A stretch of 64,000 bases of DNA, taken from positions 320,001 to 384,000 of the forward strand of contig CBDEFO010000008.1 of the NCBI GenBank assembly GCA_965237525.1, written 5' to 3'. The stretch comes from Candidatus Latescibacterota bacterium (GTDB lineage: Bacteria > Latescibacterota > CBDEFO01). The notes beneath the pieces were generated by a model. The model ran no database searches. It saw nothing but the letters and a program-made list of their open reading frames with translations, and had not been told where the DNA came from. A program made the position numbers and the translations under genes. Positions 40,291-50,962 of this stretch are shown piece by piece (within the stretch, counting starts at the first letter, position 1; each line of letters begins with the position of its first letter).

Positions 40291-41415
40291 CTAAAACTGA
40301 CCACTGCAGAGCTTCTCAATCATGCGCTGGTACACTCCGACGGCCTCTCTAAGCTCTGCTATTTCAATCCACTCACCGACCGTATGCGCCTGGGCGATGT
40401 CTCCGGGCCCCAGGATCACGAGTTGAAGGTGATCTTTGAAGATCGCCGCATCTGTGCCAAACGGCACAGTTCTTGGTTTCTCCACTCCAGTGGCTTCAAG
40501 CGCAATCTGAACGATCTCTGCCTCAGGTGAAATGTAAAACGGACTGTTGACGGACGAGGCTACTTCAAAACCATAACTGTTGGCTTTTCCCGCCACCATA
40601 TCGATCACGTCGTGACTGCGATCGTTCGGCATCGTCCTGAATCCGATGGTGCAGACTGCCTTTTCTGCAGTGACGTTGGACTTACAGCCGCCGTCATCCA
40701 GCACCATATTGAATCCGATAGTCGGAGGATCGAACTGGTGATTCATAAACGACTCGTCGGTCTTGAACATCCTGGCCAGTTCGGCCATCTCTGCCAGAAA
40801 GGGAGCGATGAGGAAGTTCGCTGAGATGCCCAGATCGGTACTTGTATGGGCAGCCCTACCGTGAGCAGTCACGATCACTCGGCCGCCCCCCTTATGTGCA
40901 TAGACGGGGACGAGGCTTGTCGGCTCGGCTATCACACCGTATCTAGGGCGAACCGTCTTGAAGTGAACGGACTCTTCAGCTACTTGGCAGGCGCCCTGAC
41001 CCGTGATCTCCTCATCCGCCGTGATGACAATAAGAAGGGGGCTCTTGAGTTTGGCACCGTCGACTCTGGCCCCAGCGGCAATTGTGGCGGCCAGCGGACC
41101 CTTCATATCGCAACTGCCAAGACCAATGAGGCGACCATCTTCAATTGCAGGATCTAACGCATCCCTGTCCCACTCGTCGGCAGGAACAGTATCCGAGTGT
41201 GATAACAGTGCAAAACCGCCTGCATCCTCGCCCTTCTTACCCACCAGACTGACCTTGCGCTCGCCGTTCAGGTCCACGTACTCCAGACGTTCTACTTCAA
41301 AGGAATACCGCTCCAATGTCTCTTCAAGGAGATCGGAAACTTGTGCGTTGCTCTCTCGGCTGACAGAGCCAACTGCTACGAGGTCTCTGGTAAGTTGAAC
41401 TACGTCAACTTCCAT
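40291..41415 (-). CDS. argE: acetylornithine deacetylase / M20 peptidase
   Basis: SHSDTV, GSCDMKG, ADEE, AEPT, AHTVGE. Confidence 0.85.
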   Translation of the reverse strand: MEVDVVQLTRDLVAVGSVSRESNAQVSDLLEETLERYSFEVERLEYVDLNGERKVSLVGKKGEDAGGFALLSHSDTVPADEWDRDALDPAIEDGRLIGLGSCDMKGPLAATIAAGARVDGAKLKSPLLIVITADEEITGQGACQVAEESVHFKTVRPRYGVIAEPTSLVPVYAHKGGGRVIVTAHGRAAHTSTDLGISANFLIAPFLAEMAELARMFKTDESFMNHQFDPPTIGFNMVLDDGGCKSNVTAEKAVCTIGFRTMPNDRSHDVIDMVAGKANSYGFEVASSVNSPFYISPEAEIVQIALEATGVEKPRTVPFGTDAAIFKDHLQLVILGPGDIAQAHTVGEWIEIAELREAVGVYQRMIEKLCSGQF

Positions 41416-41921
41416 TTAGTAACTCCCAATTTAGAAATGCGCTGTAACGCAGATTTTCAACTGGGGATATTACATTGTAGCAAGGATAATTTGTTTTGGC
41501 CAGAAAGTCAACTGAAAATTGACATCGCCATATACTGTCTGTCATTTTTGTCTGCTGCAAGCACAAGAAGTTGATATTATCCCCACAATTCCAATTCACA
41601 TCCCAAAGTTCCCTTTGTATCTCCCGTCCTGAAGTGGGTTATACAAGCTTCGTCAATATCCAGAATAACAAGGGTGACTAAACACGATGATTAAGAAAGT
41701 TATCGCCCAAGCTCCCGAGCGTGTAGTAGTCGCCGACATCCCTCTTCCCTTTACGCAGGCACCTGACGTTTACAGAATGCTCATGGAAAAGCCGCAGGAA
41801 AACGTTGCTGTCTTGTTGCAATGGGAGTGAGAAGAAGTAGGGAGAGTGCTTAGCCCACTTAGTGCCTTTCTGCCACCCAGGCAAAGCGCGCAACGCTCCG
41901 AAGAATCCCATGACGCCAACT

Positions 41922-42743
41922 TCACCTATCGGATAAGTCGTCTCCCAGATCGGTGGAGTCGAATTTGCCCTTTTCGAGGCAGACGTCCATGCTGATAAGC
42001 TCTATGTCCCGGTCTGTGTGGTTGTATATCCCGTGAGATCCTCCAAGCCTGTTGGGCACAAGGTCGCCTGCCTTCACTTCCTCCGTTTCATCGTCCACAG
42101 TAATTCTTCCGCTCCCCGAAAGTATTATGTAGCACGCCTCCATTGTGTCGTGCTTGTGGTAGCCGATCGAACAGGCTGGCGGTATGAGCATGTGATGGCT
42201 GAAGCCCCAAGAGGTCTTAAAGTCTTTGTGAGACCAGAGTTCCCGAATGCCGATCTCACCTTTGCCTTGATGAGCACTGCTGCTCCACATTAGCAGATTT
42301 TTGTCCAAATAGGCTTTGGGAAGCTTTTCCGAAGGACCGGGTTCTGCCTTTGCCAGGTCGTCTTCAAAGTTGCGGCAATCGTATGGTAGGCTTGGGCTCA
42401 CTACCCCCATGTTCATAAACTGAGTCTCCATGTCAGTGTGGTTGTAGAGGCCGTGCGAGTCTCCCTTAAAGCAGGGAACCATTACAGGGCCTTTGAGTTC
42501 TGCGGTGTTTCCGTTGTGTGTGAACATAGCGGCGTTGTCGAAGATCGTGTACATCTCCTCCATAGCCTCGTGGGCGTGGTGTCCGATGCCCGATTTTGGC
42601 GGCAGAACGCCCATGCCGATGAATAACCACGGCGTCTGAAAATCCTCCTCTCCCCACAGATTCATATATTGTATCGCCCCAGCGCCAAAGTGGGACTTTT
42701 CGGGTTCTCCGTATTTCGAGGGGTCATTGTGAGCGATTCTCAT
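41922..42743 (-). CDS. bicupin protein
   Basis: Two cupin repeats (IGHHAH..EE, IGYHKH..., HGIYNH). Confidence 0.85.
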   Translation of the reverse strand: MRIAHNDPSKYGEPEKSHFGAGAIQYMNLWGEEDFQTPWLFIGMGVLPPKSGIGHHAHEAMEEMYTIFDNAAMFTHNGNTAELKGPVMVPCFKGDSHGLYNHTDMETQFMNMGVVSPSLPYDCRNFEDDLAKAEPGPSEKLPKAYLDKNLLMWSSSAHQGKGEIGIRELWSHKDFKTSWGFSHHMLIPPACSIGYHKHDTMEACYIILSGSGRITVDDETEEVKAGDLVPNRLGGSHGIYNHTDRDIELISMDVCLEKGKFDSTDLGDDLSDR

Positions 42744-43157
42744 GGCTTGTATATCCTTTTTCTCTTATTGTGATTGGTTCAGCCGAGCATAATATAAACA
42801 AATTTGCTCCGGACATCAACACAAAATTGAAGGTTTTTAGCTTATGATTGACAGGGGGGGGATTTACTCTATATATTCAGACCTTGGGAGTTTTGCTCGA
42901 TCATTTTCCGAGTTGCAGTGATAAGAGCAACAGCCACTACGACCTGAGGTAATTTAAGGAGACTGTAGATTCTCTGAAAAGCCAGGGTCTTATAGGATAG
43001 CGACCAGCTTTCAGATTTCTAACCTTGGACAGAATGGAGAATCTACAGTGGTTTTGGACTGAGAATTTTTCTATTGACATCCAACATTTTGTTTTGTATC
43101 TTCCTTCTACTATCGGTCTACACCTTTGTATCTCTCCTCAATTTTCTTTAAGGCAGA

Positions 43158-44342
43158 ATGATTCTGATGGACGAAAACGTAAAAAGGCTTAAAGGTTTGG
43201 GCCTAGAAAGAAAGCGGAATGGCGATTTCCAAGGCGCAAAAACCGCATACTATGAAGCTATAAAAATCGATCCAACCGACACCATGTTATTCTATGGATT
43301 AGCCAAAGCATGTTACCTTAGCAATGAGGGTGAAGAATCTTACAAGAATTATCTTATAGCAGCACATCTGAGTCTTCAGTATATGAAAAAACATATAGAA
43401 GCAAATACAACAACTGGTCAGGTAATTAAGTGGCAACTGGATCAAGCCCCATCCGAACTAATTGCCCCGTTAACTGTCGTCCACCCTGATGCCGTGTTGC
43501 TTCTCCTAGACCAAAACACACCCCGCCATCTAGCACACTCTTTCTATGATTTGGACTTGAATACATCTAACGAAAAGATGAACGAAGACCACAGAAAGCA
43601 AGCTGCTGAAGCCAGAGAGCGAATAAAAGAAGAATACAGACGTAAAGATAGCTTTATAACAAAAGTCGGCAGGTTTATGAGGGTTTTATCTCCTATACCA
43701 GAATCCCCCGACCTTCTCGAACATGCAAAACAATACAGAAAGATGTTATTGGGAAATCAGAACGTTGTGCTTGATGATCGGCTTGAGGATGGGGGTTTTT
43801 ACTCGGAAGGCATTAGGTTCATCCTTTATCATCTTCGATGGGAGAAATTTGACGATCCGAATCCTGCCCTGCTTTATAATCATTACTACATATCTACATA
43901 TGTACGCCAGATAGCGAAGGCAGTGGAAGAAAAAATGGGCTTCGAGGTACCATACTACGATGTGATTGACATGACAGATGCAGATGAATCTGAGTGGTTC
44001 TTCGGCTTAACCAACCCAGAGAATGTTACCAACAGAGTCTATGTTTGCTATGTTGCTATGGAGCTCGACCGTTCGGATTACTTAGTTGCACTGAAACATG
44101 GACCCCTTTCTCAAGAAGAGGGTATGAAGATTAAGGAATCTTTGGAATCTAGGACACACTGGAATATGGACGCCCGTATTGAGACGGCCATTGCGATGGA
44201 CAAGTTGCTTCGTCAGAGTGTCTCAGATGATGATTTTACAGTTTTTCTACAGGAGCTTGTGGGGACGAGTGTAGCAAACGTAGGAGCAATTATAAAAGGT
44301 GAGAAAAGATTTAGAACTTTCAAATGGGTGATTTTGGATTAG
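43158..44342 (+). CDS. TPR-containing hypothetical protein
   Basis: N-terminal TPR pattern GDFQGAKTAYYEAIKIDP. Confidence 0.7.
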   Translation: MILMDENVKRLKGLGLERKRNGDFQGAKTAYYEAIKIDPTDTMLFYGLAKACYLSNEGEESYKNYLIAAHLSLQYMKKHIEANTTTGQVIKWQLDQAPSELIAPLTVVHPDAVLLLLDQNTPRHLAHSFYDLDLNTSNEKMNEDHRKQAAEARERIKEEYRRKDSFITKVGRFMRVLSPIPESPDLLEHAKQYRKMLLGNQNVVLDDRLEDGGFYSEGIRFILYHLRWEKFDDPNPALLYNHYYISTYVRQIAKAVEEKMGFEVPYYDVIDMTDADESEWFFGLTNPENVTNRVYVCYVAMELDRSDYLVALKHGPLSQEEGMKIKESLESRTHWNMDARIETAIAMDKLLRQSVSDDDFTVFLQELVGTSVANVGAIIKGEKRFRTFKWVILD

Positions 44343-44595
44343 CTCACAGATGCTGAATCCGAAAGGAAAAAGCCCGTCAGAAGTGACAAGTCTTTTCCTT
44401 TGTATCGGCATTATCTTCCTGTTCCTCCCTATGTAGTAAAGATTGGTAAGGGATCAGTACTTTAAGAAGGCTTCCGTAGAGCCTTTCCAGAATTTGGTCC
44501 TCGTAAATCCTTAATTTTACGGGGCCAATTTTTTATAATTAAAGCTACCCAATCAAAAATCGGCAATCTAATCTTAAGTTTCCAAGGGGATCACC

Positions 44596-45383
44596 ATAAA
44601 AGTCCCTATCCTCGTCTATCACCATGTCTATCCCAACGATGTGCCACAACTGGAGCGTACATCGCAAAAGCCAGCGACTGGCGCGATCGGACAAGCGCAG
44701 TTCCGACGCCAGATGTCATATATAGCTGAAGATGGATGGAAGGTTGTTTCCACCACTCGTATTTTGGATTGGCTACTTGATGATGTGTCACTTCCTGAAC
44801 GATCAGTTGCCCTGCACTTCGACAACGGCTGGCTCGACACACGAACAGCAGCGATGCCGATCCTTCAGGAGTTCGGCATGACTGGAACTTGTTATTTGAT
44901 CACCGAAGCGATCAACGCGTCCTCTGAGGGAAAATCCTCAACAATTCGTACGCAGACAGAAGGCCTAATCGAAAAGCCTTTTATGACGTGGGATCATGCG
45001 GAGGAACTGATTGGGGCAGGATGGGAAATCGGTGCACATACAGCTACTCACTCTAAGCTTGCAGATAAGCTTCCGAAGAGAGAGACAAGGGCGTAATCTG
45101 GGAGGTGGAAAGCTCCAATAGTGTCTTTGCCGAGCGCCTGGGCTTTGTGCCCGCACATTTTGCCTACCCCAGCGGCTCGCGCAACGAAAGGACGGATGAA
45201 CTGTTAGCTCCGTACTACCGTTCACTGCGTCTGTGGCATTACAACTATCCCATTGTGTGGAGATTTACCGATCGCAACACCTCCCGACTAGCTCTGGACT
45301 GTCAAAATGTCGACAATACCGTCCCCTTTGAGGACTTTGTGCGCATCTTCAATGAGGCGTTGAACGTTGATCTCAATCCATAA
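44596..45383 (+). pseudogene. polysaccharide deacetylase (NodB), frameshifted
   Basis: PILVYHH, HFDNG, GAHTATH, FAYPSG split across two frames near 45090; start codon reads ATA. Confidence 0.8.
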
Positions 45384-46113
45384 GCATCCCTCCGTTGACG
45401 TCCAGGATCTCGCCTGTGATGAATTTGGCTTTATCAGACGCTAAAAAGACCACAGCTTGGGCTATGTCCTCAGCCTCGCCGAATCTTCCGAGCGGTATGC
45501 CCTTTATGATAAATTCCCTCTGCTCCTTCGTGGTGACGTCGTGAAAGGGAGTGTTGATAGGGCCGGGGCAGATGGCGTTGACCGTCACCTGGTATGGAGC
45601 CAGCATCTTGGCAAAGTTCTTGGTGACGCAGATCACACCAGCTTTCGAGACGGAGTAGTTCATTCCTGTATATATGCCTCCTATTTTGCCCACAACGGAC
45701 GATATATTTACGATCCTTCCGTATCTCTGCTCCTGCATCTTCTTCATCACCGCCCAACAGCCCGTGAAGACCCCCCACAGTTGGATGTCGAAGACCCTAT
45801 CCCATTCTTGCTTAGTCATATCCTCCACAGAGGTGGTACAGTTAAGTCCTGCGTTGTTGACAAGTATATCCACCCTGCCGAATCTGTCCAGAGTCACCTC
45901 CACCATCTTTTGGACGTCGTTCTCGTCGGCGACGTTTGCCTTAACGCAGAGCGTCTCTCCATCCTTGGCTTTGATTTCTTCTGCTACTTCCTCCGCTTTT
46001 TCCAGATTCAGGTCGGCCAGGATGACAGAGGCCCCTTCATCTGCTAAAGCCTGTGTTGTGGCTTTGCCTATACCTGAGGCAGCTCCTGTGACAATAGCTA
46101 TTCTGTCCTTCAT
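45373..46113 (-). CDS. SDR family oxidoreductase (FabG-like)
   Basis: TGAASGIG, NNAG, YSVSK. Confidence 0.93.
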   Translation of the reverse strand: MKDRIAIVTGAASGIGKATTQALADEGASVILADLNLEKAEEVAEEIKAKDGETLCVKANVADENDVQKMVEVTLDRFGRVDILVNNAGLNCTTSVEDMTKQEWDRVFDIQLWGVFTGCWAVMKKMQEQRYGRIVNISSVVGKIGGIYTGMNYSVSKAGVICVTKNFAKMLAPYQVTVNAICPGPINTPFHDVTTKEQREFIIKGIPLGRFGEAEDIAQAVVFLASDKAKFITGEILDVNGGMLMD

Positions 46114-46436
46114 TTTTTCACCCCCGATTCTTAATTCCCATTTCCCTACATACCGTTTCCGATTTTCCAGAGGCAGCGAAACCGCCTCCGCTGTGGCGGC
46201 GTATTCTGAAAAAAAGTAGATGACCATCTCCTGACTGGGACAGGGGCGGTTGAGATCGCCCAACGTGTCAGAGTCTGCCCTAAAGTAGCAAATTCTTCGA
46301 CCGCAGTCAATAAAAAAGCCAAATCCGGGCAAAGAGCGAAAACTCCTTGCCTTTTAGACTCGATTTAGCTATACTTTAGTAATTATATAGAAAGACGAGT
46401 CTCAGCTTCAACTTCAATTTTGGAGGGTTTATTCCT

Positions 46437-47273
46437 GTGTCCACAACGAATTTCCTATGTCGAGTATGTCTCACCCTCATCGTCCTGTCTTCTGGATGCA
46501 CCAGCGTGTCCAAGATGAAGCAGCAGTACGATTCCGGAGACGAGTCTAAGTTCCACGATCTGGTCAGGATAGTGGGCGATTACACATATCCTTACTCCAC
46601 CAGGAAGAAGGCGGCAAGAGCCCTTGGCCAGATAGGCGATAAGAGAGCTGTCCCAGCGCTGGTAAGGGCTCTCGTCAGCGACGCCGACGGCAGAGACGGT
46701 CTTGAGAAGGAGGCCATAATAGCCTTGGGGAAGATAAAGGACAGTTCCGTAGTTCCCGCGCTGGCGGCGGCTTTGACTACGAAGGAGGAACTCACGATAG
46801 ACGCTACACGGGCCTTGGGGGAGATAGGCGGCCCCAGATCGGTAGAAGTCCTTGTAAACATGATCAAGTTCTACACCAGCATTGAGGAAAGGATGCATCT
46901 TAAGGCTCGGTTCCGGGACCCCACAGGTGTGCTGGAAGATGAAGATTCCCCTTACAGTTCAGAAGCCAAAGAGGATAAATCCGATCTCCCGACGGATATA
47001 TCCGTCGGCAAGAGGGACAGGCGCCCCATAGCGCCGGGGGGCTTTTTCGGAGGTCCTAGACCCTTGCGTATCGAGGAGAAAGATGAAGCTGGCAAGTTAG
47101 CCGAGCAGATGGAGGAGACGGTAGCGGCAATGGTAAAAATAGGAGATGAAGCCCTTCCCGTTCTGACAGAAGTGCTCGACACTCTCAAGCCCGGGGAAGA
47201 GAGATTAGGAGCCCATATAGCCGACATAATAAGCAGCATAACTGAAAATAGAGAGAATATCCAACAAAGGTGA
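46437..47273 (+). CDS. HEAT-repeat lipoprotein
   Basis: LSSGC lipobox; AARALGQIGDKRAVPAL-type repeats. Confidence 0.85.
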   Translation: MSTTNFLCRVCLTLIVLSSGCTSVSKMKQQYDSGDESKFHDLVRIVGDYTYPYSTRKKAARALGQIGDKRAVPALVRALVSDADGRDGLEKEAIIALGKIKDSSVVPALAAALTTKEELTIDATRALGEIGGPRSVEVLVNMIKFYTSIEERMHLKARFRDPTGVLEDEDSPYSSEAKEDKSDLPTDISVGKRDRRPIAPGGFFGGPRPLRIEEKDEAGKLAEQMEETVAAMVKIGDEALPVLTEVLDTLKPGEERLGAHIADIISSITENRENIQQR

Positions 47274-47274
47274 G

Positions 47275-49032
47275 TTAAGCCTTTTTATCTTCAGCTGATG
47301 CTATCAACCGTGGCGCCACAAAGAGGGTCTTTTCTCGCTGTATCAGGACAAGGCCGGGTTCTCCTCCTTTTGGTTTATTGACATATTTGACGAGTGTATA
47401 ATCTACGGGAACTGTCTTCGAGCCCTTAGCCTTGCTCCAAAATGCTGCGAGTGCTGCTGCTTCTTCCAGGGTCCTGCGGCTCGGTTCGTCTGACTTTATC
47501 TTCTTCTGGAGTATCACGTGCGAGCCCGGATAGCCTCTGGCGTGCAGCCATATATCGTCCCTTGACGCCTTTTTATGCGTTAGGATATCGTTTTCTTTAT
47601 TGCTACGGCCAACCAGTACCGTCCATCCGTCGGAGGTCACGTACCTTCTGGGGCTTATCTTTGACGGGTCGTGGACTTTTTGCTTCTTATCGTCCTTCTT
47701 TTTAAGGAGTCCTTCGGAAATCAGCTTGTCTTTGAGGTATTCTAATTTCCTCAAATCTTGAGCTGAGAGGAGGATTGAGCGATAGTTTTTTAGAGTCGAA
47801 AGCTGGCTCTTTGTAGCTTCAGTCCGACGATAGACGATTCTTCGGCTTGCTTTGGCTTTTCGGTACATCTTGAAGTATTCCTGGGCATTCTGGACGGCGG
47901 AGAGCCCAGGGTCGAGGTCGATTGAGATTTTGGCTCCCTTTGGATCATAGACATCTTCAAGTTCTACGGACTCAGACCTTTTGGGAATTCTGTGGATATT
48001 GGACAGGAGTATATTGCCTTTTTTTAGAGGAATTTCGGCCTCTTCGGCCCTTTGGAGGTCTCCTTTGAGGAGCTCAAGCCTCCTTTCGAGAGGGTTTATC
48101 TTCTGATCCAGGGTTGATCTCAACTCGATCTTGAGCCGATTTACCCGTTCTGACTCAACTTTGTGTCCAAAGACGGTCTCTATAGCTTCGCTGATGGGTA
48201 AAGGGCGGGATTTTCGACTATGCTCTATAAAAGATAGATCCACCGAGGAAAAATCAAGCGGCTTGCCGTCGTGGTCTAGTATAACAAAGGCGTCCTTAGA
48301 ATCGGGGTTCTCCCATTCGGAATAGAGTTCAAGGGCGGATTGCCATAAAGAATCTATCTTCTGGTCGCCCACCTGTCCGAGGCGCATCGAACTTTCGAGT
48401 CCGGCTCTAAGGCATATCTCTTCGGATACGAGGCGGCTTAATCCCGTCAGTGTCTTGGAAAGGGCGTGCGTTAGCTTGTCTTCCGAAAGAGAATCGAGAC
48501 GTTCCTTGAATTGAAGGTGATCTGCATCCAGTGGAAATAGTCTGTCCTGAGGAGGCGGTGGACTGTAAGGAAGACCGGGCAATATCTGTCTGAGCCTGCT
48601 CATTGTGGAGGTGACCCTTCGTACGCAACCGACTATCCGTCCGCTCGATTCGTCTATGGCTATTGTGTTGCTGTTTCTACCCGAAAGTTCGAAGATTAGA
48701 CGGGACTTTATATCGCCTTCTACTTCGTCCTCCTTCTCAAGATGGATGGAGATAATACGGTCGGTGCGGTCGGGCCGGACGTCTTTAACGAACGATCCAG
48801 AGAGGTACTGTGAGGCCCAGTCAGAAGGGGAACCTCCTTTGCCCGGTCTTTCCGATGAGATCAGCATCCGGGCCAGATGCGGTGAGGCCGAGACCAAGAC
48901 CCAGTCTCTCTTGTCGACCTCCAGCCAGAGATCGTATTCTCCAGAAAGGCGCACAGAGGTAATTTGACCTCCTTTCAACCTGTCTTTGAGTTCTTTAGAT
49001 AAGGCTCTGATTGTGAAATAGTCAAATGGCAT
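47275..49032 (-). CDS. rqcH: RqcH/FbpA (NFACT) ribosome quality-control protein
   Basis: MPFD start, ELSGRNSN, NAQEYFKMYRKAK, VGRSNKEND, WLHA..PGSHV. Confidence 0.9.
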   Translation of the reverse strand: MPFDYFTIRALSKELKDRLKGGQITSVRLSGEYDLWLEVDKRDWVLVSASPHLARMLISSERPGKGGSPSDWASQYLSGSFVKDVRPDRTDRIISIHLEKEDEVEGDIKSRLIFELSGRNSNTIAIDESSGRIVGCVRRVTSTMSRLRQILPGLPYSPPPPQDRLFPLDADHLQFKERLDSLSEDKLTHALSKTLTGLSRLVSEEICLRAGLESSMRLGQVGDQKIDSLWQSALELYSEWENPDSKDAFVILDHDGKPLDFSSVDLSFIEHSRKSRPLPISEAIETVFGHKVESERVNRLKIELRSTLDQKINPLERRLELLKGDLQRAEEAEIPLKKGNILLSNIHRIPKRSESVELEDVYDPKGAKISIDLDPGLSAVQNAQEYFKMYRKAKASRRIVYRRTEATKSQLSTLKNYRSILLSAQDLRKLEYLKDKLISEGLLKKKDDKKQKVHDPSKISPRRYVTSDGWTVLVGRSNKENDILTHKKASRDDIWLHARGYPGSHVILQKKIKSDEPSRRTLEEAAALAAFWSKAKGSKTVPVDYTLVKYVNKPKGGEPGLVLIQREKTLFVAPRLIASAEDKKA

Positions 49033-49181
49033 TTCAAAGTGGTGAAACTATGAATCACAAACGCAGTGAGATTATAGGTGGTTGCCTTAGTTTCGTTAAG
49101 AAAAGATAACATCGTTAGGTACATCTGTCAAGCTGGGAAGGCGATCATCTCTGACCGCTGATTGGACTGCTGAAATTAAAT

Positions 49182-49670
49182 ATGGAAGCAATGTTAAGTT
49201 TTGCGGAATCTTATCTGGGTCAACTTCGAAAGTTAGTCGGTAATCGGAAGTTAATCCACCCAGCCATAAGGGCCATTATTCAAGATAAGCAAGGACGAGT
49301 TCTATTCGTGCTCCGAAGAGATAATGACGCGTGGGTGATGCCAGCAGGCTGTATGGAACTCGATGAGTCTGCCTTTGATTGTCTTAAACGAGAAGTTAAA
49401 GAAGAAACTGGGCTCGAGACAATATCTGCTACTCCAATCGCTATTTACTCTGAGCCAAGGTTTTCATTTACCAATGAATACGGCGCTGAGCATCAAATGT
49501 TTGCCATTGTCTTTAGGGTAGATGAATGGAGCGGCTTGCTGGTGTCCGAGACGGATGAGACGGTAGATGCACGCTTCTTTTCCGTAAATGAACTACCTGA
49601 TATTCCGGACCTATATCGGGAAACGTTGGAAGATCTAAAGAACTTTGATAGCCGATTGATTCTGAAGTGA
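49182..49670 (+). CDS. NUDIX hydrolase
   Basis: G..ELDES..DCLKREVKEETGL. Confidence 0.92.
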   Translation: MEAMLSFAESYLGQLRKLVGNRKLIHPAIRAIIQDKQGRVLFVLRRDNDAWVMPAGCMELDESAFDCLKREVKEETGLETISATPIAIYSEPRFSFTNEYGAEHQMFAIVFRVDEWSGLLVSETDETVDARFFSVNELPDIPDLYRETLEDLKNFDSRLILK

Positions 49671-49796
49671 TGCGACTTCAGGATGTTGCGATGCTGCTGG
49701 CAAGCGGACAGTCACGTAAGGAGTGAGGAACGTCCGCTGCGACGCAACGATTTTTACGAGCGCAACACTCTATTCTGACGCAAAGGAGGTGCTCCC

Positions 49797-50954
49797 ATGG
49801 GAATGTTTGTCGGCAGAGGCAGAAAAGCCAGAAGGTGCTACGGCTTTGATGAAATATCTTTGGTGCCTGGGGATATCACCATCAATCCGAACGACGTGGA
49901 TCCATCGTGGGAACTGTTCGGCAGGAGCTTCGAAGTCCCCATAATAGCGGCGGCGATGGATGGGGTCGTAGATGTCAACTTCGCCATCCAGATGGGGCGT
50001 CTGGGAGGCCTGGCTGTTTTGAACTTAGAGGGGGTTCAGACAAGATATGAAGACCCCAAGCCCATTTTCGAGGAAATAGCACAGGCCAGCTATAAGGAGG
50101 CCACAGCACTGGTTCAGGATATCTATAAGGAGCCGATCAAGGAGGAACTCGTCTTCAAAAGGATACGTCAGATCAAAGAGGCGGGAGTCCCGGCCGTAGT
50201 CTCTTCGATCCCTCAAAGAGCTGAAAGATTCGGGAAGATAGCACAAGAGGCCGAGGTGGACATCTTCGTGGTTCAGTCCACGGTAACTACGGCAAGGCAT
50301 ATTTCTACTGAGTACGAGACGCTCGATCTTGAGAAATTCTGCAATACTATGAGCGCCCCGGTCATCACTGGGAACTGCGTGACCCATAGTACGGCTTTGG
50401 AGCTTATGCGCACCGGCGTTGATGCTCTCCTGGTAGGGATCGGACCGGGGGCGGCCTGCACGAGCAGAGCCGTACTGGGAATCGGGGTCCCTCAGGTTAC
50501 GGCTATCATAGACTGCGCCTGGGCTCGGGATTTCTACTACAAACAGACGGCCAGGTACGTTCCGATCATCGCAGACGGCGGCATGAGTGCAGGAGGGGAT
50601 ATCTGCAAAGCCTTAGCCTGCGGAGCAGACGCGGTGATGGTCGGCTCTGCCTTTGCAAAGGCTAAGGAGTCTCCGGGGAAGGGTTACCACTGGGGTATGG
50701 CGACCCCCCATGCCAATCTCCCCAGAGGCACCAGGATACACGTAGGAGTGACCGGAAGCCTTGAGCAAATAATCTACGGTCCGGCTGTCCTGGACGACGG
50801 ATCTCAGAACCTGATGGGGGCCATAAGGACTTCGATGGGGAGTCTGGGATCCCGTAACATCACAGAGATGCAGCTTGTGGAGATCATCATAGCCCCTGCT
50901 ATAACTACAGAAGGCAAGGTCTTCCAGAACGCCCGGTTAGGCAGTAGTCAATAG
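49797..50954 (+). CDS. guaB3: GuaB3-family IMP dehydrogenase-related protein
   Basis: GIGPGAACTSR, IADGG, LGGLAVLNLEG; no CBS domains. Confidence 0.9.
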   Translation: MGMFVGRGRKARRCYGFDEISLVPGDITINPNDVDPSWELFGRSFEVPIIAAAMDGVVDVNFAIQMGRLGGLAVLNLEGVQTRYEDPKPIFEEIAQASYKEATALVQDIYKEPIKEELVFKRIRQIKEAGVPAVVSSIPQRAERFGKIAQEAEVDIFVVQSTVTTARHISTEYETLDLEKFCNTMSAPVITGNCVTHSTALELMRTGVDALLVGIGPGAACTSRAVLGIGVPQVTAIIDCAWARDFYYKQTARYVPIIADGGMSAGGDICKALACGADAVMVGSAFAKAKESPGKGYHWGMATPHANLPRGTRIHVGVTGSLEQIIYGPAVLDDGSQNLMGAIRTSMGSLGSRNITEMQLVEIIIAPAITTEGKVFQNARLGSSQ

Positions 50955-50962
50955 CGGTTGAA

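Noticed and set aside
46120..46330. Riboswitch upstream of the SDR gene
   Set aside because: Some hairpins are present, but no recognisable aptamer consensus
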